64,000 nucleotides of DNA. It comes from Catajapyx aquilonaris. Its lineage: Eukaryota. Position 1 is the first letter of the stretch, and every line of letters begins with the position of its first letter. Location: the NCBI GenBank assembly GCA_000934665.2, contig KZ538089.1, positions 1 to 64,000 of the forward strand, read 5' to 3'. Under the pieces are notes generated by a model. The model did not search any database. It was not told where the DNA came from and worked only from the letters and a program-made list of their open reading frames with translations. Made by a program: the position numbers and the translations under genes. Below are positions 29,801 to 42,900 of this stretch, one piece after another.

Positions 29801-32800
29801 TATTATGACAATGACATTTTGTGCCACCGTATTCCGCAGTTTGTTTGAGTGCAATGGCCAGCAGCAACAAGCTCGACATAAAGTTTAATTTATTGCCGGG
29901 AATAGAATTAGCATCGAGAGCCGGTTAATTATGACATCTGCGAGTGTTTTATGCCGTGGCACCTGCTTATAGATGCGTTTTGCAGAAACCTGACGTATAG
30001 GCTACTGCCCCCGAACATTTTGTGTGTGGCTGCTGCATGTCATGCTGTTGTCCGAAACCTTGGCGGCCAAAGCAGGCTTCGGAGAACCACCACCACCACA
30101 CCTGCCCAATATAATATGCAGTGTAAATATATGACAGCACCTTGGAATTTGGGAAGTCGGCTTTGCACTGACAGTCTCGTAATTCATGGAGCAAACTTGC
30201 ACTTCCGCTCTTCACTTGTCCAACTTAATACCCGAACAATGAAGATTACAAACTGCCACTGTTGTATGCTCAACCTTGCATAATAATACGCAAGTTATAC
30301 ATTTCTGGTTTAGCTGGACTCTTTATGAACACTCAGCATGTTATGATCATATGCTACTGGAGTAAAGGTCCGTGTAAAATAATTGTAGTTATGAGCATAT
30401 AATGTCACTGTGATTGAATTATTGAAATTTTTCCATCACTCTTCATCGGAGTTGAATTGTTGTATAACAGAGCTACTGCAACAATTTTGCGCATCTGCTC
30501 CTTTTTAATCACTGGGAGCCGGCCAACCCCTCGGCTGGTTTTTTAATGGCCATATTTCTGGTTGCGTAACCTTTCATACCATCTAAATTGATATGCCTGG
30601 AACCGATGCTGGCCACCTGACCACGCCTTATATAGAGAGAGCAATATTTCAGCAGGTGCAAAACCTTCCTGAACTTACAGTCAACCGGATCAACCCCCCC
30701 CCCCCACCTTTCCCCACCTCCCAACCCTCTCCATGAAAATAAAATAAAAGAGGTCCACAAATTTAGCCCTTCCACCAGCACCTATCAAGGACCCCACTTC
30801 CAAAGTCAGAAAAAGTTGACAAACTGGCCTCACATTGAAATGTGGCGCCCGAGCATAATATAAACGTATTTGAAGCAGATGTTGGTTGGGGGTGATGGAG
30901 CTGTTAATTCGGATCATTCAATTCGGACCTGGCGGGCACCCTGATGACCCCCAAGCTGGCGGGGGTCATTCACACATTCATCCAGGGAAAAGGTCAGACT
31001 TTTCTGTGCGTATACATATAACTTTGGCTATACACAGCAGCAGGGTGAATCAGATGCTGGGTGCAATGTCATTTTGGGGGTGGCCGCGTGTGTCTAAGGG
31101 GCACCTGGATGACCCTGCCCAATAGATATGATGGAGGTCCCTGATTGTGCGCATATCCCCTCGCTAATAAGTTTCCGGAGAACCCTGGTGATCCGGTTTT
31201 TGAATCCGGCGGTGCGAGCAGCATTAAAAGCGGCGGCAGCTGCTTGGTTGGCGTGAATGAGAGTGCGGCCATCACGCACAGCATCGCATGCTGCCAGCAT
31301 AATATGCCCTCCCGTAACGTGGCGTGCATTGGACACCTTCTTCCTCCTCCGCCGCCCCTAAAATCCTTCCGTTTCCGCCCGATTCGCCACCAAATTGGCG
31401 CAACCAGGACTGCCTCATAAATTCTCATTATATGCGAATCATCATCCAGCTGCACCCTTATCTATAAACTCCGCCTGCTCCACCATGCCCCGCTATATAC
31501 ACACAAAAAAATGTATAGATATAACCAGAGCATGTATGTAAATAAAGAGAAATAACTGCACTTGCCAGACGGGGGTCTGCTGGATAAGATTAGCGCTTCT
31601 GCCTACTACGGTGTCACATGACACTGCCAATTTATATGTCCTAGCCTGACTCTTCAGGAAAAACCAGGCTCATTTGTGCCAATCACAGGCAGTGTCACCC
31701 TGCAGATCGAGCGTTATTGACAATTTGCAATGATATTAATTGCCAATAGGTCCGCATTATTCATCGCGTGACACGCATGAAAATCTCGGTTTGCAAGGTC
31801 CAGATGACCGGTTTGTAATAAGCAAGAGGTTCAAAAGAGAAGCCGAATATAACCAATCACACCTTGACGTGATGCAGCCCACCCCTGCTGGTGACCCCCT
31901 GCCCGCGCACAGCAAACATTATTCTGACACTCGAGTTTGTTGTGCATACATTTGCATGTGTACAAGACACATTAATGGTTGCTTTTATTCGGTATAACAA
32001 GCTATGATTACGGACCAGTGATGTTTGCTATACCACGTATTTGGCTCACGGAATATACTGCTGCATGATGTTATTACCTTCAGTGATGGCAGCACGGACT
32101 CTTTTTTTCACGTGCTATACACCTAAACATGAATCAATATATTATCCTCACTCCATTTTTATAGACCTTATGTATCCTGCAGTTCAAGGTGTTCAAGTCA
32201 TATATTAGTATACATATATGATAACAATCGTGTTCCCTTTGTCGGTATTCAAATGAAACAATTCAGGCGTGTACAGGCGAATGTTCGTGACGTGTTTTCC
32301 GAATTTTTCATCTCCATGTTCCTCCTGCCCTTCATCTCGGAAGTGTCGCTTCAGACAGCATCCGATGAATTTGAAGATTTGAAATGCAGAGCAATCAGAG
32401 GCACACAAAAATGATGCTTTACAATAATTACTTGAGGATTTGACGTTATTTGTGAAGAGTTCACTATCCCTGTTATGGAATTAATTTGTATGTAAGGAAT
32501 ATTGTACTGTGCTGCTGGACAGGAGCAGTGTACCACCCTGCTGTGTATAAATTTAAATCTAGCGGATAATCCAGGCACCCTGCACAATGTCTGGCCAAAT
32601 GCGGCTGGCACTGTACAAAAACGAGCAGTGTAATGGAAATGAGCCTAAGCGTTGAAGGCACGCCATCTCGACGAGGCCCAAAGCACAAGAAATAGGCCGC
32701 TTTTTTTTATTAATTTTCCACGAATGAGTATAGCGAACCAAAAATGGTTCCTGCTACTTTCCCAGAAGGGAATTTTCTTAAAATAAAAAAATAAGCCATT

Positions 32801-35800
32801 CCCACGGACATATGAAGCCAAACACACTGGATCACCTCTGCAAAAAAAAAAAGTGCAGACGGTCTCTTGGTCCGTGGCGCCCTTCGCCTTTAATTTTCCA
32901 ACCTGGGCTGAGTCGGTCCTCCTTCAGGACTGACAGGAGTAAAATTAGTAGCCCAGGATTTCCTCCCGAGACAGACAGACAGACACAGGTCCCTCCTATC
33001 CCGAAAGGGGATAAAACAAAGTGGGGGGGAGATGAAAGACGGAGAGAAAATTCTTGTGGCTTAACCTGTGTTTTTGGAGGGAAATTATTGAAGATTGGTC
33101 ACTTTTTTTTCCTTCGAAATTGCTACTTGGAATTGTGGGGTAACAATATGTTGTCTGTGTGAGATAAGGAGAGATATCTTCGGGTGCCGATTTACATACC
33201 TGCGTATAAACATGGTCCTTTTCCCCTCCTGATTCCTGATTTCTAAGGGGAAGGTTTTGGCAAAAAGAACTTTTCTCCCCAAAAAGGACCTGCCGTTGAT
33301 GGATCCGATAACCAGCATGGGCTGTGTTGCAATTGCAAAAAAAATTCTATGTGATTGTGGAGAAAGTTTGACTATTTATTGTAATGTTTGAAGCACATGG
33401 TGCCAACTAGCGAGTGCTTGTTACACTTTGGGGGACACCCGTGTATAGTCCTGCTGGTATAGTATATCCTAAAAGTCATCTGGACAGACGTGCGTGCGTA
33501 CTGGAAGGATTTTCCATCCCTCTCCGCTGGAAAAGCGTTCCCGGAACCACTCAATATTTTATCCAAATTCAGCAAGGGCAAACACGGTTAATTGGAAGGG
33601 AATTTGTCGCGGGGGTCCGGATAATAAATAGGGATTTCCAGCATTATTATCGGGCAACTAGATGGACGGTCGCCGGATATATTTCCGCGAACTGGAGGGT
33701 AAAACAAACTAACAAACAGCGGACATTTTATGCTACGTGCGTGCCAACGGGTGATGAGTAATGTGTCTCACTGCTCGCGGCGGGGTGCATATGTGAGTGC
33801 GTTATTTAATGAAAACTGGGGGGACATTGTCTGCTGCTTTTTGGGATATTGGGCATCAGCAAGCACCTATGTTTTTACCACAAAAGCAGCCGCTGGGAGG
33901 TCCCGTCGCCTCCGAAAAAGGTGGGCCCCGGAGGTAAAAGCCGGCTAATGAAACTGGGCGTCCGTCATGTGAACACTCATTAAGAGCTCTGGGAAACGCG
34001 CTTTTTTCAGACACGTTGGAAAAAGAGAAGAGAGAGAGAGAAAAAAAACGGCCGGATTTTTGAGGGTGGAAATGTAAGGGTTTCGACTGTAGGGGGTTAT
34101 GGGACCGGAAGTGTTGCCACTCACCAATTAAAGAGTTATGTCAACCTCGGCCATGTTACGTCTTCTAAACTGGTCGTTCAAGTCTGCTAAGTTACACCAA
34201 ATATTGTGAGCCCTTATGTACGGGAGATCCTCACTACAACAATCAAAATCGGTGTAAATCTTCGTAAATTTGAGCCCAAAATCAGCAATTTCCCAACAAT
34301 GACGAGGGCTAGATTTATTACCACGTTCGCCATGGCATTTTTTTCTCTCTCTTCTCCAACACTGTAAACCGTCACAATTCCAATTTTAGGCTCGAAAAAA
34401 TTCCAGGTTCTCCCCAAAAAATCAGCCAAGCACATCACCATTTTCGTGACCTTTTGCCCTCTCCCCATCTCTGCCCCCCTTCCTCCTCCTCCACACCTTC
34501 CTCTCGTCAAATTAACCGCGCCTGGGTGGCAACAGCTGGCTGTCCGGACCAATTTCTCTCATTTCCCCTCAGTTTTCTCTCTCTCTCCACAAAATCCAAC
34601 CACCAATTTCCTGATGCCAGGTGTCGTGAAAAACTGTCCATGTGTTTTTTTTCCTCTTCTGTCTTTTTATATATTTTTGGGGGGAAAGGTCGAGGGAAAG
34701 TCTGGAAAATGTTTGGCGGGACAGAGAGGCCGCTCCTTGGGCCGGCAAAGTTGATCCGAAAACGGATCCGTGCGATCGGGTCACACCACACCCCCCCGAT
34801 TAAATTAAACCGGGTTCACTCGGGGGACATGGACCTCTTTGGAAGTCTCGTGGAAATAAGACCTCTCTTTCTCTCGCACCTGCTACACACACACACACCA
34901 CATTTGGCCTGGCCGCTCCCAGTTTTTGCACAAAACTCGCGCAAAATTATGCGCGCCCGACACCTGTTTTCCGATGCCAGACTATGATGCATGATGGCCA
35001 GATAGGGTACAAATAAAGGGGTATAGGGAATTAGGAGGGGCCCACCTAACTTTTGTGGCAAAAAACAGCGGATTGTAAATCTTCGAATCATCTGCGGTGC
35101 GAAGGTGAACGAGGTCCCGAACACATTTTGGAGCACAGTAAATCCAAAAGCGTGTTTTTTTTTTGTGGAGCATAGGGTGTTAACTCGAGTGGTTTTACAT
35201 CGAACTGATGAGAAATTGACCCTGAAAGAGAATTCATTTCATTAGAAGCTTTGCATTGCATCACCGATTCTGTGGACATGGCATTGGATTTCATGAGGAT
35301 ATTCACATTCATGACACTTTCCCGTGGATTTTGTCACATGTGTATCATCCATGACATTGGGTATTATGTATGGTTTTCGTAGCGGAAGTATTCAGTCGCG
35401 GATTATGACTGTAACATGATTTCTGGCATCGCATTGCCATGTTTTCAAAGACCCAATAAGTATATAATAAATTATGAATAATGCTAGAAAAATTAGTTGC
35501 CCTATAAGGAATTTCTCAGCATATTAACAGAACACCACTTTTACATTCCATGTGTAAATATTCTCAGATTAGCTCATTTTTATAGTTGGGAATTATGGAG
35601 ACATACCCGATTTTTTTTTGTATTACTCTGATGTATTCATCTTCCTTAACTGCCTGAGTTTTTTTTGCATCTTATTAATATCGCTTGGAATTTTTTGCAC
35701 TCTTTTGTGAAAGCCACGTGCACGTGTTGATCCGTATTCCTATATACTGATGGGCCTGGACTATTACGCCCGATTCTAAAACATTCGGATTCCCCGTGGA

Positions 35801-36028
35801 TTTCTGGTAACCGCTTCAAGACATGCTATAGATTACCCTGGAAATTAATTAGGCATCAGAAGAGAGAGGCCAGTGGCAACCCCCGAATATAAAAAAAGGA
35901 GAGAAGAAGGGGGGTTATAGGACCTTGGTTCTCCAGGATCTGATCTGTGAGTTGCCACACGCGCGCGGAGTAGTAACCCATTGCACCAGCAGCCGATTGC
36001 CTTGAGAAGGACGCCGTGTCTTCAACAG

Positions 36029-36050
36029 CTTCTTCTTCTTCTTCTTCTTC
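36029..36050. repeat. (CTT)n microsatellite
   Basis: cttcttcttcttcttcttcttc. Confidence 0.85.
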
Positions 36051-36798
36051 TGATATTCTTCTCTTCCTAAAGGGGGCCTGAAATGTCTAAAGCAGCTGCT
36101 TGACCAAACACATATCACAGCACCTGCGGCTCAGGTCCGAATGAGATAACAGCACGTCTTGTACGCACATACTTGCAGCAAAGATGTGTGCTTGGTGTCC
36201 CTCCACTCAATTGATGCTGCCCATCAGGTTTTATTGTTTTCTAAAGGACCCTGCTTTGTTTCGTCGGTCATTCTTTTTTTTTTCTTTGAGGACATTGGAA
36301 ACAAGTTCTTTGACCGAATTTAGCGCGTTAGGAAAGCTGTGGTCTTCATTTCCCACATATGCGAGCACACTTTTATTAAAAGTTGTTTATTATGACGCCT
36401 TGGGAATCTTCAGTCATTAATTATGCCCCGCTCATGAGGCAAGTGCACAGGAAAATCCGGGCAACTTACTTACTGATGATGGTGTACATATAAATATTGC
36501 AAAAATCTCAGGGTCGAAAGTGAGTTAACGACTTTTGCAGGATAATGAGGCCATTTGATAAAGTCAAACAAGCCACGCCAAAGTCTAATTGACAGTTATT
36601 GACTTTAGCACCTTTACTAATAGTGAGCCTCCGTTGTCCGCGAGTGAGATTGGTTTCAATAGTGCCGAATCCCATCATGCACAAATATTCTTTGTTTTCT
36701 AAACAAAACAAAAGCCGTATTAAAATAGTAATTATAATAATATGGTACAAGAGTTGAAAATTATAAATTTAATACTTTTGTTAATATACAGTACTGTA

Positions 36799-36990
36799 CA
36801 GAATGGGGCGACTTCGGACGCTTTTTGGCAATTTTTCAGCTGTCCCATGAAGACATATTGATGGAGAATTCTGAATGAATTAACTTAGACAATGGGAAAC
36901 GTCCTTTATTGAAGACCATAACAGTCATTCACATAATAGTTGTTTTTTATGCACAAATAAATCATCTTTGCTGTCCGGAGTCACCTCACT
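36799..36990. mobile_element. Possible old MITE with degenerate terminal inverted repeats
   Basis: TGGGGCGACTTCGGAC (36804-36819) versus the reverse complement of 36973-36988, TGAGGTGACTCCGGAC: 13/16 identical, all differences being transitions. AT-rich interior and TA-rich flanks. Confidence 0.35.
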
Positions 36991-39900
36991 ATAGGTGGAC
37001 GCCCCTTTATTTCACGCCGTAGGACATGTATTAAAGTTTTTTTAAAGTCACAAAAGTCACCTACCTACTGCATCCCATCACAAGGGTCATATTTTATACA
37101 ACAGATAAGCTTATGAACACTTGTACTGTACAGTATTGGTATGTTCATTTCACATGTGAGTATCATTGATGTCACTAAAAATAGACCTTCGCATGCGAAG
37201 GTCTATGATCTTCGCCAATTTGCGAACAACCTGGGACTGCACCACAAGACATTCATCATCAACATCTGGACACCTACAGGTAATATAAATCAGGGCAAGA
37301 AGTCCACAATCTTACATGCTCTGTGCAGCAGGTGTGAGTTTTATGTAAAGGCTTATAATGTTTTCCTGTAAATGAAATTTATTTGCCTGTCTCTCATCAG
37401 AACACTCGATTTCTATTAATAATAATAATAATTGCTGTGTTGTTTTCCGGTTATAATATTATAAGGAAAAAAGAACGTTGCAAATATAGTTCACTCACAC
37501 ACATTAGATCGGACTATAAGATCTGGCTTGCTTACCGGTATATCCATAATAAGCCTCTGAAACCTTGAAATACTCGTATAAGCCTTAGTTGTCTGTCAGA
37601 ATCCTTAAAAAATGCAAATTTCGCAAGTCGTAATTTTGTAATTTTGCTGAACCAGGCCATCTCGCAAAAAATATTCCCGCATCAGAGCGTTGAAATGAGA
37701 GTGTCTTGGAAAATTCGAATGCAGTGTAAAACCTTTTCCTTACTAAGGAAAAGGTTTCCTCACATATGTTTTGAACTTTTTTGCATATTGAAATGATGAA
37801 TATTATTCCGTAAGTTATTCATCCGCTGGCACCTTTTGAGTGTGTGAAAATGCCAAACCCTATACACTATCTCTCTTCCTTATATGACGCAATGTGTGGG
37901 GGGAAATGTATCTTTTTTTATATATACATATCCAACCTGATGCATCGTAATTAATGCCCAAGGATTTTTGTGATCGCTTATAAGAGATCCGCGCGTGGAA
38001 AGCAGGTGGATAAAGCTATTACGACTTGATTGCCGAATCGAGAGAAATAAAAGAAGGCTGATCAAAATGGAGCACACGAGTCACTTGGTTTTTCTAACAG
38101 GTCTTTTTTATCTGCCCGGAGGTAATTAGCAATCCGGTGGCAGCAAACGAGATGCCCGAGTAGTGTTGTTATCAGGCGGGGTCGTCGGGTGATTCGAATG
38201 CAGACAACTTGTCCTCCAGAGATCTAAACGCACGCATGGGCCATCATCATCACGGCACAGATACCATGCCGTCTCTTATCCGTATATGTTGGGCAGCAGG
38301 GAGCTCTCAGAATTTGCCAAAATATTGCTAAAATATAGCTCGGGGGATCAATGGTTCTGAATGCAAATGAAATCAATAACCACAATTAATTGACCCCTGA
38401 TTTGCACGCTGTCCAAGTAACATCCGGTACATAAGAATTCTGCAAAATGCGTACACAATGTGGCTAACAATTTTTTTTGCGACATGGCAGCAGAACAAAG
38501 CGGTTGCGCAGCCAACCTTTGAGATATCCACACCTAGCCTACTATCTTGGCCAGCTTAGCACCATGATGGGTCACCTTCACCTGTACCTCGTCCGGTAGA
38601 CCAAACCAATTACACAAGACTGATGCCCTTTTTCCCTGCTGCGTGGCCCGCCTTCAGATTGTCGCTTAATACCAGGTTTAATTGGTCTGGGCTATGTCGA
38701 TACACCAGTTGTGTGGAAGAAATTCCCCCCGGAAGTGTAAAATGCCCTGTTATTTCTTGGCCCAGAGTTGGTTGGACCAGGTCCGGGCATTTTTGTTATC
38801 TTAGGTCGCGCTCCTTTTCTATACACATCGAGGCTAATAAGCGTCCTGATGACTAACCCGGCGCGCGGCGCATAGAAACCCCACACTTTGTCAGCTGCTT
38901 CCTAAAATTGGTTCTTCCGCTATATAAAGAGATAGCAGTCGATGCTAATCCAGCATCAAATTGAGCTCGGAAGGTGTCGGCTTCTCCGGTGGGCACCTCG
39001 CAACAGTGACCATTGTTGGAGTCCTGGTTGATACCAATCTGCCCAATAAGTGTAGGCTTGCAATTACGTGGCCAGTGTATGATAATGGCAGGTGGCAGCA
39101 GGTGCACCTGCCTGGCTCTCTGCTGTCAGCATACAGCAGATCTGATTGGAGCTAGTCAATCACTGCACTGCCCGTGTGCATACATTTTCGAAGCCCATGT
39201 ATTTTTAGAGGGGGAGAGTGAAAGTTTTTGAAAGGGAATTTAATGGGAAGCGATTAGCATGCGGGAAAAATATGTGCGGCGCCGATTTAAAGCGTGTATA
39301 GAAAAAAAAAAGTATACCGAGGGCGAAATTGCATCGTTGTGCTGGCCCATTAGCTGCGATATTTCCTAGTCCGGTAATTGCGGCACGTCAGACACCTAGA
39401 GACAACGTCAATCTCTTGGCGACCTAACTGACCCATAAATGAAACCTGCTCCGAGTCCAGTAGGGGTCCGCCCATCATCATCATCATCCTACTCGTCTTC
39501 TTCTTCTTCTTTCCCCCGATGCTGCACCACTTGTACTCATTGTTTATGCTGTACTTGTATTATTCGGTGAAAATGTTCGGATGTCTCCGCAGTGCCTAAA
39601 AAGGTTTGGGTGCTGCCACCTACCTACCTATATCGTGATGCCTTTAACATAACGGAGAATCACCCGTTTGGTGATTCGGATCACGTTTGGACACCCCAGC
39701 TGTGAACCTCCCCATCTCGCCCATCATCCCCCCCCCCTTTCTCTTTCGTTCTCGATCAAGTTGACATTAGCAACCTCTTGTTCTCAATCGCCTCATTTAT
39801 TAAGGGGGGTATGCCCCGGCCGGCTGCTGATTCTAGGCCTGGCCCCCATCCTTAACCACCCCCTTTCTGAATTACATGGTGCCGGAGTAATGAGACCAGA

Positions 39901-42900
39901 TTGCAACCGCGGTTGTGCCTCCTGGACATCATAAATCACCCCCTCCTTTTGCAGCCACCACTTGTCAAGGAAGAGAGCAGCACCTCGATCCTCTCTTCCT
40001 TTTTTTGCCATGGCCTCCAGGCACCAACCAGCCAAGGTGATAAACAGTCTGCTAATTGAATTCCGATTCAATTCTGCCCCGATAATATTTGGGCATCGGC
40101 CTTGACCCATCAGGGGCAGTGAAATGGGGGCATCCCCATCCCAGTCACGTTTGGATTCCTCCTCTGCTGCTCTTTCTCTCTCTCTTCTTTCTCTCTAGCA
40201 AGCAGAAGCTGGGGAAGGAGAAGCAGTGGTCATTATTATTCCCTCGCGCCGAGTCTCATAATGGCTCCTGACACAGAAAAAGGCTGGACATGCAACCGAG
40301 GCAAATGCCGAGTTGCCCAAAGGCCGTTGCCCTCCCACTGCTGATGCCCGACCAAAAGGTTCCCACGCCCCCTCTACACCTCCTCTCCCTCACCTCACAC
40401 ACACTGATGCTGGATGGAGGGGAACAGTGGTGGTGGTGGTGGAGGAGGCAGCAGAAGCTGTTCTGGCACACACACAACTATCCTTGCCCATTCCGGCCTT
40501 CCAGTCTCCAACCAGACTTGGATGGAGCGGACCACCAGGTAGACCTCTTGCTTGTTGGACGCACACCCTGATCTGAATTGTCAAAATGTATACTAAACTC
40601 GTAATAAATGGTCTGGAATTACGCTAGAAACTTTATCTGAGAATTATGTCAGCAGGATTTGTGACGTTGTCTTTGAGACCTTTTCCGTATAGGACGGCTT
40701 TCCCGCGGATATATAGTTTCGTATACATCTCATCAGGAGAGATCGGGGACACGACGAGAGTCAAAATATCAATCAGGTGGAGACCTACTTGGACGATGGA
40801 TAATTCGGATGAAAATTAATAACGTGTCATTGGAAATGCAGAAAAATTTGCCGATCAAAAATATTTGCGATGCGCAGAAATCGCGCAACAGGACTGTATA
40901 ATTTTGCAGGTGCTTGACCCATGACCCAGACCTGCCAATGTGCCTGTTTAAAATCACGCAGACTAACAAGGGTGCCAATTACACCTTCAAACTTGAAGTA
41001 TAACTGTGCGGTATAGTTTTGATACATTGGTTTGAGATGGTATTCCGGTCACTTAATCCGGACAAGGCTGCGTTATATTCGGACACGCGTGTCTGCTTCC
41101 TCCAGCATGCGATCAGCACTTTTGGGCCAATGTATATATCGCGGCGCATATGATATTCATTTATGACCCGCCCATCGTGGATTTATGTATAACGACTTGA
41201 TGTACACATACACAATCGCATGCTGTCTTCGACGTGCGTGTGAATAATGATCCGGGATTGGCCTGTAGGTACCGGGTCATGAGCTTGGTCATTGGCTGTC
41301 CTGATAACAGGGCCCTCGTTCCTTGTTGTGGTGGATCCGTCCCAAGAATCACTTACAAAAGAAGAGTGATTTTATTTGCATCCACTTAGCCGCATCCAAT
41401 CACCTGCACGCGCTCTCGACCTCCGAGGTTCAAACATTCGTGGCGATTTAAATCTCCGCATACAATGCACCAGTAATAATAGAGTCGGCACAAATACGTC
41501 ACTTATTGTACATACCATGCATATGCGCTTGTCCAAATCTATATATGTTGGGTTTGTTGCAACTGCTGTTGATTTTTATCAATTTTGCAATTAGCGGTAT
41601 AGTTTTTGCTCCCAGGCAAAAGTGGTCCATGGTTGGCTCTTGGAGAATCCGTCAGTGTCTTGGTGCGGAGAGCATCTCCTTATCCCCGGTTACTCTCATT
41701 CATTATCCGGTGGCGTTCGCTGCCAACTCTCACCCGGAATGCTAATGCCCCACATCCTTCGCTTCTCCAGCTATACATAAAGGGCCACTGGTATAGGATA
41801 TACCTCTCCCGATTCCTGTTCCCCCCCTCCCATCATGCAGCAGAATGTAGATTTTGGTCATTAAAATCGTGTTTTTCCCCGAGTGCAGCAGAGCGGACGG
41901 AGATTTATTGAGGTCTGCCCTTGAAATATGAGCCTTTTTTTTCTCTCCAAGGAGTATTCGAGGGGGGAGAAGGTCTCCCCTTTTGGAATATAAGAGAGGA
42001 GATTCATTCGCAGCAGCCAGGAGGTCCAGGGCTCTCTCTCCCGGATATTTATCTCCCCCATTCCTCTCCAGGTTTAATTGGGGGGACTCGCGTATATATG
42101 CGCGGCAAGACGGACAGACAACTTTCTCGTCTGGTGGACGGGGGATCAGGGTTTTAGGCTTAATGTGGACAGAAACCCCACCGGAGACCCGCTGGGATTC
42201 AACTAATGACACGCTCAAATTGTGTCTCCATTAACTCAGCCTCCAGCCAAAAACATCAGAGAGAATATAAGGCGGCCTGAGGAGAGAGAGAATGCCTTCG
42301 CTCATTTTTATCGACGCCACTGACAATGTAACAATGCAAATTGCTTGTCATCGCCAATTACGCGCTGCATCTGAGGGTGGTTTAATGCCCACAGCGGCTA
42401 ATAAACATCGGGTGAGACTGTGTGTATGAGTATTCTAGTCACTTGCTGTTGGTTTTAGAGTTGAAACATTGCACGACTATATTTGCTGGCGCAGTGCTTT
42501 ATGCCATTGTTGGCGAATAAAGTACCTCGGCATGGGAATTCCAAGTCGTTGTTGGTTTAGCAAATTAAAATACCTCGCGTGGTTAATAAAGTACCACGTG
42601 CATAAATGGTACATTCCCGCTATATCTTTAGAAATTAATATAATAACTGATGCGGTTGTTGCGTTCAATAATTATGCCCTGCTGCATGATGTGTGTCATA
42701 GGAACGTAATAATTAGCCACTATGTCATACGACACTAATTTTAAATATTTTGTCGTCATGTGCTTGCATAATTACTGCTTCTGCCTGATGACATTATAGC
42801 CTGAGTATGTAGTTATGCATATACGGCTATTAACTGAAGTCTCTAATTGAATGGCCGAACATAACTACAAGGTATGGTAATACATTTTTCAGATTAATGT

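Noticed and set aside
42502..42600. 16-mer TGCCATTGTTGGCGAA shared with 46643, and three loose AAAGTACC-type repeats
   Set aside because: About one 16-mer duplicate is expected by chance in 64 kb. The repeats are too degenerate and irregularly spaced to be an array, and it is not CRISPR-like.
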